Positions 10,468 through 20,957 of a DNA stretch of 64,000 nucleotides are shown piece by piece. Made by a program: the position numbers and the translations under genes. The stretch is from an uncultured Pseudomonadota bacterium (GTDB lineage Bacteria > Oederibacteriota > Muellerivitia > Muellerivitales > Muellerivitaceae). Each line of letters begins with the position of its first letter. Position 1 is the first letter of the stretch. The notes beneath the pieces are model-generated. The model was given only the letters and a program-made list of their open reading frames with translations. It was not told the origin of the DNA and searched no databases. Where the stretch lies: contig CAWIIP010000002.1 in NCBI GenBank assembly GCA_963836235.1, positions 736,001 through 800,000 of the forward strand. Direction: 5' to 3'.

Positions 10468-12408
10468 ATGGCCGCCCCCACCCCTATCGAAACAGAAATG
10501 CAGGGATTCAACGGTTTGACCGTCGCGGCTTTTGAAAGCCGCATGGCCAAGGAAATGGAAGATCTCATTTCCCGCCACGGAGGCCTGCCCCGAGTGGCTC
10601 CCTCCATGCGAGAAATTCCCCTTTCGGAAAATAAGCTAGCCTTCAATTTTTTCGAGAATCTACAACAAGGCCATATTGATCTCGTCATTTTTATGACCGG
10701 TGTGGGGACTCGGACTCTTTTCCAAGCCCTGGAAGCCCACTATGCTCCCAGCCGTATCCAGAAAGCCTTCAAACACGCTTCCCTGGTGGCCCGCGGGCCC
10801 AAATCGGTAAAGGCTTTGACGGAAAAAAATATGCGGTCCTCGGTGGTCGTCCCCGAGCCCAATACTTGGCGGGAAGTCCTGGAAGCCTTGGACGGGCAAA
10901 GGCCCGTCAAGGGCTTGAAGATCGCCGTGCAGGAATATGGCGTCGCCAACCCCGAATTTCTCACGGCCTTGTTGGAAAGAGGGGCCAAGGAAGTTACCAG
11001 CGTACCCGTCTATCGTTGGGCCTTGCCCGAGGACACGAAGCCCCTGACCCACTTGATCGAATCCATTTTGGACGGCGAGGTGTCGGTAGCCCTTTTTACC
11101 AGCGCCCAACAGATTCGGAATATCTTTGAGTTGGCCAAGGGACTCGGCAAAAACCATGAACTCCAGGAAGCCCTCGGCCGGATAGTTATCGGTTCCATCG
11201 GATCGGTGTGCAGCGAGGCCCTCAAGGAATTCGGCCTAGGGCCCGACTTGGAACCGGAGCATCCCAAAATGGGATTCCTGGTCAAAGAAGTGGCCGAAAA
11301 ATCTTTCGAACTTTGCCAAAAGAAAGCCGCGGAGGCCGTGCGGATCAAACCCCGGGAACCCAAAACCCTCCCGGCCACCCCGAAGGACAGCCTCTTCCTG
11401 AAGGCCTGCCGCAAGGAACCGGTCACCAGTACGCCCCTTTGGATCATGCGCCAGGCGGGGCGGTATCTGCCTTCATATCGGGATATCCGCTCCAAGGTTT
11501 CCTTTTTGGAACTCTGCAAAACTCCTGAACTAGCCGCCGAAGTTACTGTAACCGCCCAGGAAACCCTGGGCGTGGACGCGGCCATCCTTTTCGCCGATAT
11601 CCTGCTGATCGCCGAACCCCTGGGTTTCGAATTATCCTTCGCCGAAAGCGGCGGACCCGTCATCCACAACCCTTTTAGGTCCGGCGAGGACCTGAAGCGG
11701 ATGGAAAACGTGGAAGCCGATTTCGATTTGAGTTACGTCATGAAAGCCATTCATTTAATCCGTTCCGGCCTCAAGCCTCATATTCCCCTCATCGGTTTTG
11801 CTGGGGCGCCTTTCACGCTGGCTTCCTATTTAATCGAGGGAGGAGGTTCCAAGGACTACCACAAAACTCGTTCCGTCCTGTCGGACATCAAGGTTTGGGA
11901 CGAACTCATGAAAAAACTGGTCGCGGCCACGGTTTCTTATCTCAATGCCCAGGTCCTAGCCGGGGCGCAAGCCGTGCAGTTGTTCGATTCTTGGGTGGGT
12001 ATCCTGGCACCCGAGGAGTTCCAGCGCCTAGTCCTTCCTTATTTAAAGTTTTTGATTCTGCACTTCAAACGCTTGCAGCCGGATATTCCCGTGATTTATT
12101 TCGGCACCCAGACCGCTCCCTTTTACTCTTGGTTCAAGCAAATCGGCGCGACCGTCATCGGAGTGGATTGGCGGATGGATTTGGATAAAGCCTGGAAGGA
12201 ATTGGGCGATGTGGCCATCCAGGGCAACCTGAATCCCGAGGTGCTGTTGACCAATCCCGCGACCGTTTGCGAGGAAACTGAAAAAATCCTTCGCCTCGTG
12301 AACGGCCGCCCCGGCCACATCTTCAACTTAGGCCACGGTATCCTGCCCCAGACACCCATGGAAAACGTCCAGGCGATGATCGAAACCGTCAAAAATTGGA
12401 AAATCTGA
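10468..12408 (+). CDS. hemE: fused uroporphyrinogen-III synthase (HemD) - uroporphyrinogen decarboxylase (HemE)
   Basis: N-half FESR...MTGVG...ARGPK...VYRW...FTSAQQ (HemD); C-half PLWIMRQAGRYLP, GFAGAPFTLASY, QLFDSW, HIFNLGHGI (HemE); start uncertain (10447/10468/10498). Confidence 0.92.
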   Translation: MAAPTPIETEMQGFNGLTVAAFESRMAKEMEDLISRHGGLPRVAPSMREIPLSENKLAFNFFENLQQGHIDLVIFMTGVGTRTLFQALEAHYAPSRIQKAFKHASLVARGPKSVKALTEKNMRSSVVVPEPNTWREVLEALDGQRPVKGLKIAVQEYGVANPEFLTALLERGAKEVTSVPVYRWALPEDTKPLTHLIESILDGEVSVALFTSAQQIRNIFELAKGLGKNHELQEALGRIVIGSIGSVCSEALKEFGLGPDLEPEHPKMGFLVKEVAEKSFELCQKKAAEAVRIKPREPKTLPATPKDSLFLKACRKEPVTSTPLWIMRQAGRYLPSYRDIRSKVSFLELCKTPELAAEVTVTAQETLGVDAAILFADILLIAEPLGFELSFAESGGPVIHNPFRSGEDLKRMENVEADFDLSYVMKAIHLIRSGLKPHIPLIGFAGAPFTLASYLIEGGGSKDYHKTRSVLSDIKVWDELMKKLVAATVSYLNAQVLAGAQAVQLFDSWVGILAPEEFQRLVLPYLKFLILHFKRLQPDIPVIYFGTQTAPFYSWFKQIGATVIGVDWRMDLDKAWKELGDVAIQGNLNPEVLLTNPATVCEETEKILRLVNGRPGHIFNLGHGILPQTPMENVQAMIETVKNWKI

Positions 12409-12498
12409 TAATCTCCAAAAGTTCTTCAATAACTCCCTGCTTTTGGAGTAACTTAGTGCGTTTTTGAAATCTCCCTATCTGTTTATCACGAGGACCCC

Positions 12499-13440
12499 TT
12501 GAACCATTCTTACGATGCTGTTTTATTGATCGGCTTCGGCGGCCCGGAAAAACCCGAGGATGTCGTTCCTTTCTTAGAGGACGTGACCGCGGGCCGGGGC
12601 ATCCCCATCGAGCGGCTCAAACTGGTGGCGAAGCAATACGAAAAAATCGGGGGGGTCTCTCCCTATAACAGGCTCACCCGTGAACAGGGTGATGCCCTGG
12701 AGAAACTCCTGAAATCCCGGGGACTCGATATTCCGGTGGTTTTAGGATTCGCCCACTATGCCCCCCGAATCGCCGACACCCTCACCGAACTGGCCAAGCA
12801 AAACAAAACCAAAGTCTTCGCCATCGTCATGGCGCCCCATCGCAGCCCCGCTTCCTTTGACAAATACGTGAACAAGGCTCAGGAAGCCCTGGAGTCCATC
12901 AAAGCGCTAGGATTGCCGGTCCCGGAAATAACTTATGCCCCCGAATGGCACACCCGGCCCGGCTTCATCAACGCGATTGCCCATCATATTCAAGAAGCCT
13001 TTGCCCAATTGACTCCTGGGGAAAAAGAACGCCATCGGGCGGAGCTGATCTTTACCACCCATAGCATCCCAAGGGCGATGGCCCACAAATCCCCCTATTC
13101 ACTTCAGTTCGAGGAAACCTGTCAGCAGGTCATGCCCAAGGTGGAAGTTCCTTATTACCAAACAGCCTATACCAGCCGCAGCGGCAGGCCTGAGGAAGCC
13201 TGGCTGGAGCCGGACCTGGGGGACTTTATCGAGCGGCGCACTTATGAAACCCTCTCCGCCTGCGTGGTGGCTCCCATCGGTTTTTTGGTGGATCACGTGG
13301 AAGTGCTTTACGATATCGACGTCCTGGCCCAAGAAAAGGCCAAATGGAAGAGTCTGCATTTGGTGCGCGCCAAGACCGTCGGCACCCATCCTTCCTTTAT
13401 TGCTATGCTGGCTTCCTTGGTGGAAGAAGCTATAAGTTAG
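12499..13440 (+). CDS. hemH: ferrochelatase (coproporphyrin ferrochelatase-like)
   Basis: FGGPE, GGVSP, FTTHSIP, SRSG...WLEPD, PIGFLVDHVEVLYDID. Confidence 0.95.
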   Translation: MNHSYDAVLLIGFGGPEKPEDVVPFLEDVTAGRGIPIERLKLVAKQYEKIGGVSPYNRLTREQGDALEKLLKSRGLDIPVVLGFAHYAPRIADTLTELAKQNKTKVFAIVMAPHRSPASFDKYVNKAQEALESIKALGLPVPEITYAPEWHTRPGFINAIAHHIQEAFAQLTPGEKERHRAELIFTTHSIPRAMAHKSPYSLQFEETCQQVMPKVEVPYYQTAYTSRSGRPEEAWLEPDLGDFIERRTYETLSACVVAPIGFLVDHVEVLYDIDVLAQEKAKWKSLHLVRAKTVGTHPSFIAMLASLVEEAIS

Positions 13441-13475
13441 GTGTCATTAATTTTTTCAAATAAGGACCAATTGAA

Positions 13476-14888
13476 ATGTTCAGGGTAACCATCATCGGCG
13501 CGGGCGTCAGCGGCCTGGCCGCGGCCCATCGTCTATTGGAACTTTCCAAGGAGAAAAATTTCCCGTTGGAATTAAACATCCTGGACGCGGGTGAAAAAGC
13601 CGGGGGCACGTTAAGCACGGTCGAAGATAATGGCTTTGTGATGGAAGAAGGCCCCGATTGTTTTATCACCGAAAAACCGGCGGCATTGGAACTCTGCAAA
13701 AAACTGGGCCTGGAAGACCAACTCATCAAGACCAACCAGTCCCTCAAGCAATCCTTCATCTTAAAAGGCACGAAGCTCTACCCCATTCCGGAGGGCTTTT
13801 ACATGCTGGCCCCCTCCCGTTTAATGCCGCTCATGACGACCTCCCTGCTATCCCCCCTTGGAAAGTTACGGGCGGCCTTGGAGCCTTTTGTGAAGGTTCG
13901 CCGGGACCCCCAGGATGAAAGCGTGGGCCATTTCGTCCGGCGCCGCCTGGGAAACGAGGTATTTGAGGCCCTGGCCCAGCCCTTGATTGGCGGGGTCTAT
14001 AACGCCGATCCGGACGACCTGAGTTTGAACGCCTGCGTGCCCCGCTTCAAGGAAATGGAACTGAAGTACGGTTCCCTCCTCAAGGCCTTGGCCGCCCGGC
14101 GCCTGAACTCCCAGGCCCAGGTTTCCGGTGCCCGCTATTCCCTCTTCGTGAGTTTCAAAAAAGGCATGCAAACCTTGGCTGAAGCCTTGGCCGCGAAAAT
14201 ACCGGCCGAATCCCTATGGCTTCAAAGCCCCGTGGAATCCCTGAAACCCACGGACAAGGGAACTTGGGAAATAGCCGCCAATGGCCGGACCCAAGAAGTG
14301 GACGCCGTTGTCCTGGCTATTCAACCTTCTAAAATGCGTCCCTTGATCGGCCAGTTGGACAAGGAGTGGGATAAGCTTTTGTCGGGTATCCCCGCCCATG
14401 ATTCGGCAACCCTGAACCTGGGCTTCCGCCGCCAGGACGTGGATCACCCTCTGGATGGTTTCGGTTTCGTGGTTCCCTCCCGGGAGAAAAAACTGATCGT
14501 AGGTTGTACTTTCGCCAGTCAAAAATTTGAGGGCCGCGCTTTGGAGGGCAATGTGCTCTTAAGGGCTTTTCTAGGCTCGGAAGCGGTCCAGCAATTAAAA
14601 GCGGGTGGCGAATCCAGCCTGTTGGAAAAAGTCCTGGATGAATTGAAACCCATCTTAAACCTGCGAGGCCGGCCTATCGCCCACCATTTGGCGTCTTATA
14701 ATGCCTCCATGTCCTACTTCAGGCCCGGTCATTTAAGCCAGGCTTCCCGCCTCGAGCAAAAAGCCTCGGAGTCCAAGGGCCTTTATCTCGCGGGCAACGG
14801 CCTCAAGGGCGTCGGCATCCCCGACACGATCGCTTCCGGCCAATCCGCCGCCGAAAAAATATTTCAAACCATTTCAGCCGGGAGTTAA
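13476..14888 (+). CDS. hemY: HemY-type protoporphyrinogen/coproporphyrinogen oxidase
   Basis: IIGAGVSGLAAA FAD motif, EEGPDCF, GFGFVVP, GVGIPD. Confidence 0.93.
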   Translation: MFRVTIIGAGVSGLAAAHRLLELSKEKNFPLELNILDAGEKAGGTLSTVEDNGFVMEEGPDCFITEKPAALELCKKLGLEDQLIKTNQSLKQSFILKGTKLYPIPEGFYMLAPSRLMPLMTTSLLSPLGKLRAALEPFVKVRRDPQDESVGHFVRRRLGNEVFEALAQPLIGGVYNADPDDLSLNACVPRFKEMELKYGSLLKALAARRLNSQAQVSGARYSLFVSFKKGMQTLAEALAAKIPAESLWLQSPVESLKPTDKGTWEIAANGRTQEVDAVVLAIQPSKMRPLIGQLDKEWDKLLSGIPAHDSATLNLGFRRQDVDHPLDGFGFVVPSREKKLIVGCTFASQKFEGRALEGNVLLRAFLGSEAVQQLKAGGESSLLEKVLDELKPILNLRGRPIAHHLASYNASMSYFRPGHLSQASRLEQKASESKGLYLAGNGLKGVGIPDTIASGQSAAEKIFQTISAGS

Positions 14889-14893
14889 ATCAA

Positions 14894-15466
14894 ATGCCAA
14901 GCGAAAAAGTCCAGAGTGAGCAAGCCAAACTTCTCATGTTGAACAAGCCCAAGGGCTACATCGTGACCCGTTCCGATGAGGAAGACCGAAAGACGGTCTA
15001 TACCCTCCTTCCCGATTGGGCCTATGAGAAAAACTGGAAACCCGTGGGACGGTTGGACCTGGATTCCAAAGGCCTTCTACTCTTTACCCGCAATGACAAG
15101 CTGGCCGACCGCATCACCCAGCCAGGTTCTTGCCTGAAAACCTACGAGGTCTGGGTGCGAGGCCTGGTCACCCAAACCCACATCAAGCAAGCCCTCAAGG
15201 GCGTGGAAAATTCGGGGGAATTGCTGAAAGCCTTCCAAGTTGAAATTAAGGGTGGCGCGGGCCACAAGACAAAGCTGGAAGTGGTTCTCGACGAGGGCAA
15301 AAACCGCCACATCCGCCGTTTATTTGGGAGCCTAAAGGACACTAAGTTTGGAACGCCTCTGAAGGTTTTGGAGTTGAAGCGAATCCGCATTGGCGGTTTG
15401 AACTTGGATGTGGAGTCAGGCAAGTGGAGGTTTCTGAACCAGGATGAGGAATTGTTGCTCTCTTAA
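14894..15466 (+). CDS. RsuA/RluE-family pseudouridine synthase lacking S4 domain
   Basis: LNKPKGY, VGRLDLDSKGLLL (catalytic Asp), EGKNRHIRR. Confidence 0.9.
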   Translation: MPSEKVQSEQAKLLMLNKPKGYIVTRSDEEDRKTVYTLLPDWAYEKNWKPVGRLDLDSKGLLLFTRNDKLADRITQPGSCLKTYEVWVRGLVTQTHIKQALKGVENSGELLKAFQVEIKGGAGHKTKLEVVLDEGKNRHIRRLFGSLKDTKFGTPLKVLELKRIRIGGLNLDVESGKWRFLNQDEELLLS

Positions 15467-15481
15467 AACATCTTGGCTTTT

Positions 15482-16123
15482 CTAGGCTTTGTTTTTCTCT
15501 AAGGCCATCTTCTTTATCTTTTCAATTAACAAAGGCCGTTCCGAATCCCAACCATCCAAAAACTCTTTAAACAAAAGGTCAGGCGGTAGTTTGTCAGGGT
15601 CGGCCCCTAGTCTAAAAAATATCGACCGAACCGCATTGTAACGAACCAAACGGTCCTTATCGGATCTAACAGCTTTCATCAACGCCTCAAAAGATAAATT
15701 ATCATCAAAGTTCCGGAGACCAAGCGCCGCGTTTATTCTCGTTGTCCAACCCACCGTTGAATCAAGAACACCAGCAATAATTTTAGAGGAATCCTGATAT
15801 TTCTCTATTTCCCATAAGGCTTCAGCGGCACAAACAACGATATTTTTGTCTAAGTGAGCCCGTAAGGAATTTAAAAGAGATTTTAACTTTTCAGAAGCCT
15901 TGATTGACTTCAATACTCCCAATGCTTTGATTGGTCGTTGGTCGTACCAAACAAGCCGCCAACTGCCGAGGCGTTTAATAAAAACATTTTCAAAATATTC
16001 TTTTTCTTCTCTGCTCAATGATTGCAGTTCCTCTTTCGGAAAATAAAGGTCCCGCCAACTTTCGGGCCAATCCACTAAACCTTCTTGAACTTTATTGAAA
16101 TTTGAACTTTTTACGAGATCCAA
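15482..16123 (-). CDS. HEAT-repeat-like protein
   Basis: AAEALWEI, RINAALGLRNF, VRYNAVRSI helical repeats; visibly AT-richer than neighbours; start uncertain. Confidence 0.6.
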   Translation of the reverse strand: MDLVKSSNFNKVQEGLVDWPESWRDLYFPKEELQSLSREEKEYFENVFIKRLGSWRLVWYDQRPIKALGVLKSIKASEKLKSLLNSLRAHLDKNIVVCAAEALWEIEKYQDSSKIIAGVLDSTVGWTTRINAALGLRNFDDNLSFEALMKAVRSDKDRLVRYNAVRSIFFRLGADPDKLPPDLLFKEFLDGWDSERPLLIEKIKKMALEKNKA

Positions 16124-16157
16124 GCTTGGCTTCTTTCACATGAATTCGAAATCAGTA

Positions 16158-17201
16158 TTAACGTTGTTCTTCCAAAAACGCCTTCACTTCCGCCACCACA
16201 TCCTCCACCTTGATTTCCGCCATGCAGAAATAGCCGTCGGTTCTCAGGCACTCGTGGCTCTTGCAGGGCGAGCACGTGGGATGGCGGGTGAGGACTTTCA
16301 CTTTCGTTCCCCAGGGCTTCCACACTTCCACCTCGTTGGCCGCCGAGAAAAGGCTGACCACGGGGATGCCGCAGGCGGCGGCCAAATGGCTGGCCCCCGA
16401 ATCGCAGCCGATGAAAACCCGACAATCCGTCATCAAGGCCGCCATCTGCCGCAATGAAAGCTTTCCCACTAAGTTGATGATCGGGCATTCCAGGCCATCC
16501 ACCACCTCTTGGGCGAACCCCAAATCGTACTCGCCCCCTAAAATAAGGATATCGGCTTGGGTGTTGGCGTGGAGCTCATGGATAAGCACCTCAAAACTTT
16601 CTTCCCGCCATCTTTTGGAAGGCGTGGCCGCACCGATATGGATGGCAATGCGGGGCATGGCGGGCAAAAGCTCCTGGGTGGGCAGGTGCTTTTCGGCTTC
16701 CTTACGGTCCTTTTCCTCAAACCACATTTCCAGCTTGCGATCCTCCGTCGTCACGCCGATAGCGTGGAGAAATTGAAGATTGCGGTCCACTTGGTGGATT
16801 TCGGAAGCGGGTTGGACCACTTTCTTCGTTAAAAAAGAGCTGACCCATCCCAGGTCCACCCCCACCCTTTCCTTAGCCCCGGAAAGCCCCGCTACCAGGG
16901 GGTCCAACCGGCTTTGATAACGAAAATCCAACAGTAAGTCGATGGTCTTGGATCGTAGGAATCGAATCAGTTTCCAGGCCGATTTCCATCGGTCCAGTGG
17001 CTTCTGTCCGGGTAAAAGCCAGAGGGCGTCAAAGAGATAAACCTCATCGAAATAAGGGCAAACCTTGGCCAGCTCTCCAACGGGCGAGGAAACCATGACC
17101 GAAATATGGGCGTCGGGATAGGCCTGGCGAAGGGCCCGGTAGGCGGGAATCCCCAAGATAAAATCCCCGATTCGGTCCAGCCTTAAGAGAAGAATTTCCA
17201 T
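16158..17201 (-). CDS. glycosyltransferase family 9 (LPS heptosyltransferase-like)
   Basis: LRLDRIGDFIL, SKRW, LVGKLSLRQ, GCDSGASHLAAACG, CSPC. Confidence 0.93.
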   Translation of the reverse strand: MEILLLRLDRIGDFILGIPAYRALRQAYPDAHISVMVSSPVGELAKVCPYFDEVYLFDALWLLPGQKPLDRWKSAWKLIRFLRSKTIDLLLDFRYQSRLDPLVAGLSGAKERVGVDLGWVSSFLTKKVVQPASEIHQVDRNLQFLHAIGVTTEDRKLEMWFEEKDRKEAEKHLPTQELLPAMPRIAIHIGAATPSKRWREESFEVLIHELHANTQADILILGGEYDLGFAQEVVDGLECPIINLVGKLSLRQMAALMTDCRVFIGCDSGASHLAAACGIPVVSLFSAANEVEVWKPWGTKVKVLTRHPTCSPCKSHECLRTDGYFCMAEIKVEDVVAEVKAFLEEQR

Positions 17202-17421
17202 AACGGGAACATCTTAACCGTGAAGCTACGAAGAAAAACCTGAAAAAAGCTCAAACGGCAAACGGGCCGCAAATCAGCTCAAATTTTCGCGGATTTAAGA
17301 GGCGAATCAAAAGAACTTCAAGAAAAGGCATCTCATCTTTTGGGTGAGGTTGTTGAATATTGTTTTTGTTTTAAAATCAGCGTCAATTTGCGCAAATTCG
17401 CGGCAAATGCCTTTTTTAGGT

Positions 17422-20400
17422 TTACCTCAAAACAACCACCTTGATGACTTTTCGAGCCGGGGTTCCGGTTTGGGGAGCCACCGTATCCAGGACAATCAAG
17501 TAAAGCCCGGAGGCGACTTCCTGGCCGGCGGCGTTGGTCAAATCCCAAACCACTTGGCCGGCGGACATATCCAAGGTTTTCACCAATTCCCGGCTGGTAT
17601 CGTAAAGTTTAAGGACGTGGCTCCCCGTCACCGGGATGCCGTCCACCATCGCCAAAAGACGGATGGTGCCACCGGAGTAAGTGATATTCGGTTGGGCGGA
17701 CAATTGAACTTGCACGGTCTGTGAAAGGGTCCCCACATAAACGGTGGTTTGCATCTGGGCGCTGGTCCCATCCGTAAAAATTTGGATCACCACCAGATGA
17801 TAAAACCCGTTGGGTACTATCTTGCCGCTGTTGTTCGTCGTGTCCCAGGTGGCCAGGATTTTTCCGTTCAGGAAGAGGGTCACAGTGCCTCCCCATCCCG
17901 AGGAGTTGGGAACAAACCTTGAAACTGTCAGGTTCAAATTTTGGGGATTCAGTACCCCCAGCGTTCCACACAGGCTTTTCACTAATTCGCCCTGCTGGTC
18001 GAATAGATTGACCGTTTCAAAAGCGCAGGAAGCGGCCGCCAAAGGCGTCCGGGTTCCCGTGGGGCTATAGGTCGGAGTCGAAGTGAAGATCGGCGTGGCG
18101 CTATAGGAAGGGGTAGGGGTGTAGCTGGGCGTAAAGCTATGGGTAGCGGCGGGGGTAAAAGTAAATGTGCCGAGCGGTAGTGTGTTGGTGGGTGATGGGG
18201 TAAAGGTCGGCGTATAGGTGGGGGTGTAGGTGTAAGTGGCGGTGGAACTAAACGTTGGAGTAAAAGAATAAGTAAATGTCATGGTTGGCACGGGTGTAAA
18301 GGTGGAGGTTCCCGCCGGCAAAGTACTGGTGGGGCTTGGAGTGGAGGTAGAGGTATAGGTGCTCGTGACCGTATAAGTCAAAGTCGGGGTATAGGAGGGC
18401 GTGTAGGAATAAGTAAACGTGGGCGTGTAGGTGAAGGTATCCGTCTCACCGGTGTCGGTGGGCGTAACGGTAGCCGTCGGGGTGGCTGTCCCTGTGGTCG
18501 TGGAAGTCGGAGTGTTCGTCGCGGTTTCGGCGAAGGTAGCGGTGGGCGTGGCCGTAACCGTGGTAGTGCCCGTATCAGTCACGGTTGAAGTAGAACTAGA
18601 TGTCGCCGAATTGGTAATCGTGGGAGTAACCGTATTCGAAGGTGTATCCGTGGGAGTGAAGGTCAGGGAACTGGTTGGCGTATCGGTCGTCGTTAAAGTT
18701 GGGGTTCCCGTGGGAGTTGAGGTTGGGGTATACGTCGCGGTATCGACGAAGGTAGCGGTAGCCGACCCGGTTGCCGTGTTCGTCCCGGTCATGGATGCGG
18801 TGGCCGTGGGGGAATCAGTGGTCGTATTCGTCGTCGTGCTGGTCGCGCTATTCGTGGCGGTTAGAGTCGCCGTTCCCGTAGGGGTGAAGGTCGCCGTATT
18901 TGTAGCGGTGTCGACAAAAGTATCGGTGGGAGTAAATGTAGGGGTGTAAGTGCCCGTATCAGTCGGGGTTGAGGTGAGAGTGGATGTCGCTGTACTGGTG
19001 GCGGTTGAAGTCGCCGTATTGGTTGCCGTCAAAGTAGCTGTTTCCGTGGCGGTTGAAGTTGTTGTGGAAGTAACCGTATAAGTCGCGGTCGAAGTAGGGG
19101 TGGATGTCGCCGTTGAAGTTGTGCTATTCGTCGCTGTCCCGGTGGCCGTATCTGTCGCTGTCTTTGTCGGAGTAGCCGTGGCCGTGGCGGTAGGGGTGTT
19201 CGTGGTCGAACTGGTAGCCGTGTTGGTAGCGGTATTTGTAGCCGTTAAAGTCGCCGTTCCCGTAGCGGTAAAGGTGGCGGTTTTGGTCGCTGTGGAAGTC
19301 GCCGTACTCGATGCTGTATTCGTAGCCGAACTGGTAGGACTGTCAGTTGGGGTATTCGTTGCCGTCAGGGTAGCCGTTCCCGTGGCGGTGGAGGTGGCTG
19401 TCTTGGTGGCTGTGAAGGTCGCTGTACCGGTTGCCGTATTTGTTCCCGTATTGGTGGCGGTGGCGGTAGGGCTGTTCGTCGCCGTAAAAGTGGCGGTCTT
19501 AGTTGGTGAGGAAGTGGCTGAGAGGGTAGGGCTAAAAGTCGGCGTCAGGGTGGGCGTGGCGGTAGGGGTATTCGTGGGCGTCGGGGTGCAGGCGGCGATA
19601 GTGGTAGTAACCGCCGATGAAATCACGCTGGCCAGGGGAATGGAGCTATTCGCTTCCCCGGTGTTGGCCAAGGTGATACCGCAATTGTTGACCGTCCCTG
19701 AAACCGTGAGGGCGCCGGAGGCCCCGCTCGCCAGGTTGCCCAAGCTCCAAACCACCTGCTGGCCTGTGACCAATGGTGAGCCGCTGGAAGAGACATAAGT
19801 CAGCCCCGCCGGGAGGGTATCGGTCACCGTGACGTTATAGGCCGGAGCGAGCTTGACGATGGAAACATTATCAAACTCCACGGTCGAACTACTGTTCACC
19901 TGAAGGCCCGCCTGTCCCGAACCGATGGCGAAATTGGCGGCCGTGGGGGCGATCACCTGGGTGCCGTTGACGGAAAGGGACAAGGTGGCCGTCGTTCCCG
20001 AACCGGATACCTGAAAAAGAACCGTTATCCAGGTCCCCGCGGTGATATTGGCGCTGCCCGTCGCCACGTTATGGAAAGTAGCGGTGCCGTTGTCGTAATA
20101 ATTCACCGAAACGTTGTTGGCGGTTCCCGTCGTCAGGTCGGCTTGATAGTTCGAACCGTTCGCCACCGTCGGTGTGTTGGTGCCCGTAAAACGCCAAAGA
20201 AGCACGCCCGATTGACCGGCGGTGGGGATCTTCATGTCCGCTTGGATGGAGCCATCCCCCACCTGGCCCGCGCAAGTATTGAGAAGGTTCGGATACTGGC
20301 CGTTGGGCGCGACGCCTTGGACCGCCTTGGTTCCAGGGTCGCTGGGGCCGTTATCGGCAAACGTCGTCCAGGTTCCACCTGAATCGGTCCAGCCGGTTGG

Positions 20401-20619
20401 CTGGGCCCCTAAAGTATCTCCCTCGAAAGTATCCGAACAGATCGTGTTGCTATTAGCGTTGGCGTAATTAAGGATATAAGTAATGGGGCTGCCCGAGGCG
20501 GCGGAAGCGACGTTGACGGACTTGGTCAAGGTGATTTGGGCGGAAAGGGGCGAGGCCCCCAAGAGTAAAAAGGCGGATAGAACAGAAAGAAGATAAACGA
20601 AACTTTTTAATCGACCCAC
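17422..20619 (-). CDS. large secreted protein: split DUF11-like domain with inserted lectin-like domain, (Thr-X)n stalk, FlgD-Ig/T9SS-CTD-like C-terminus
   Basis: Signal peptide (..LSA/Q), TKSV...[10 protein letters not shown], more than 500 aa of TxTxT repeats, C-terminal AQPN...[10 protein letters not shown]...WDLT...ASGLYL...KVVVLR. Confidence 0.85.
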   Translation of the reverse strand: MGRLKSFVYLLSVLSAFLLLGASPLSAQITLTKSVNVASAASGSPITYILNYANANSNTICSDTFEGDTLGAQPTGWTDSGGTWTTFADNGPSDPGTKAVQGVAPNGQYPNLLNTCAGQVGDGSIQADMKIPTAGQSGVLLWRFTGTNTPTVANGSNYQADLTTGTANNVSVNYYDNGTATFHNVATGSANITAGTWITVLFQVSGSGTTATLSLSVNGTQVIAPTAANFAIGSGQAGLQVNSSSTVEFDNVSIVKLAPAYNVTVTDTLPAGLTYVSSSGSPLVTGQQVVWSLGNLASGASGALTVSGTVNNCGITLANTGEANSSIPLASVISSAVTTTIAACTPTPTNTPTATPTLTPTFSPTLSATSSPTKTATFTATNSPTATATNTGTNTATGTATFTATKTATSTATGTATLTATNTPTDSPTSSATNTASSTATSTATKTATFTATGTATLTATNTATNTATSSTTNTPTATATATPTKTATDTATGTATNSTTSTATSTPTSTATYTVTSTTTSTATETATLTATNTATSTATSTATSTLTSTPTDTGTYTPTFTPTDTFVDTATNTATFTPTGTATLTATNSATSTTTNTTTDSPTATASMTGTNTATGSATATFVDTATYTPTSTPTGTPTLTTTDTPTSSLTFTPTDTPSNTVTPTITNSATSSSTSTVTDTGTTTVTATPTATFAETATNTPTSTTTGTATPTATVTPTDTGETDTFTYTPTFTYSYTPSYTPTLTYTVTSTYTSTSTPSPTSTLPAGTSTFTPVPTMTFTYSFTPTFSSTATYTYTPTYTPTFTPSPTNTLPLGTFTFTPAATHSFTPSYTPTPSYSATPIFTSTPTYSPTGTRTPLAAASCAFETVNLFDQQGELVKSLCGTLGVLNPQNLNLTVSRFVPNSSGWGGTVTLFLNGKILATWDTTNNSGKIVPNGFYHLVVIQIFTDGTSAQMQTTVYVGTLSQTVQVQLSAQPNITYSGGTIRLLAMVDGIPVTGSHVLKLYDTSRELVKTLDMSAGQVVWDLTNAAGQEVASGLYLIVLDTVAPQTGTPARKVIKVVVLR

Positions 20620-20957
20620 AATACGGCTGCTCCGATAGTGTTGAGAGATGTTGTTTTTTGGCCGGGGACTACGACGAACCGGCTTCTTTTAAAAGAATGC
20701 CCAAATTATACCTATTTATAGCTTTATCACCACTGGGAGGAGGATGAATCCCCTGGGGGGCTTGTCCCTGGTAGGGATCGCCCGGACCCGCCCCAAGATA
20801 TGGATTTAAGGAAGGGAGAATAGGATTTTAAGCTGGCGGGATTGGATTCCTCGAATCGGCATGGCAGGGGCGCCCTGGAGGGTTATTGGAACGGTCTCTA
20901 ACCCGCCGCCTTCAAAGACTCTCACGCTAGATATTTTTCGGTTTTTTCGCCACCACT

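Noticed and set aside
12415-12450. CTCCAAAAG...CTTTTGGAG inverted repeat between hemE and hemH
   Set aside because: Single 9-bp stem with a long loop and no U-tail; insufficient to call a terminator or regulatory RNA
18431-19798. Val/Ala-rich plus-strand ORFs that look like membrane proteins
   Set aside because: Reverse-complement artefact of the ACN-rich Thr repeat gene
20833-20910. GGCGGG...CCCGCC-bounded segment of tRNA-like length
   Set aside because: No T-loop GTTCRA, D-loop or CCA arrangement on either strand; no riboswitch consensus recognised
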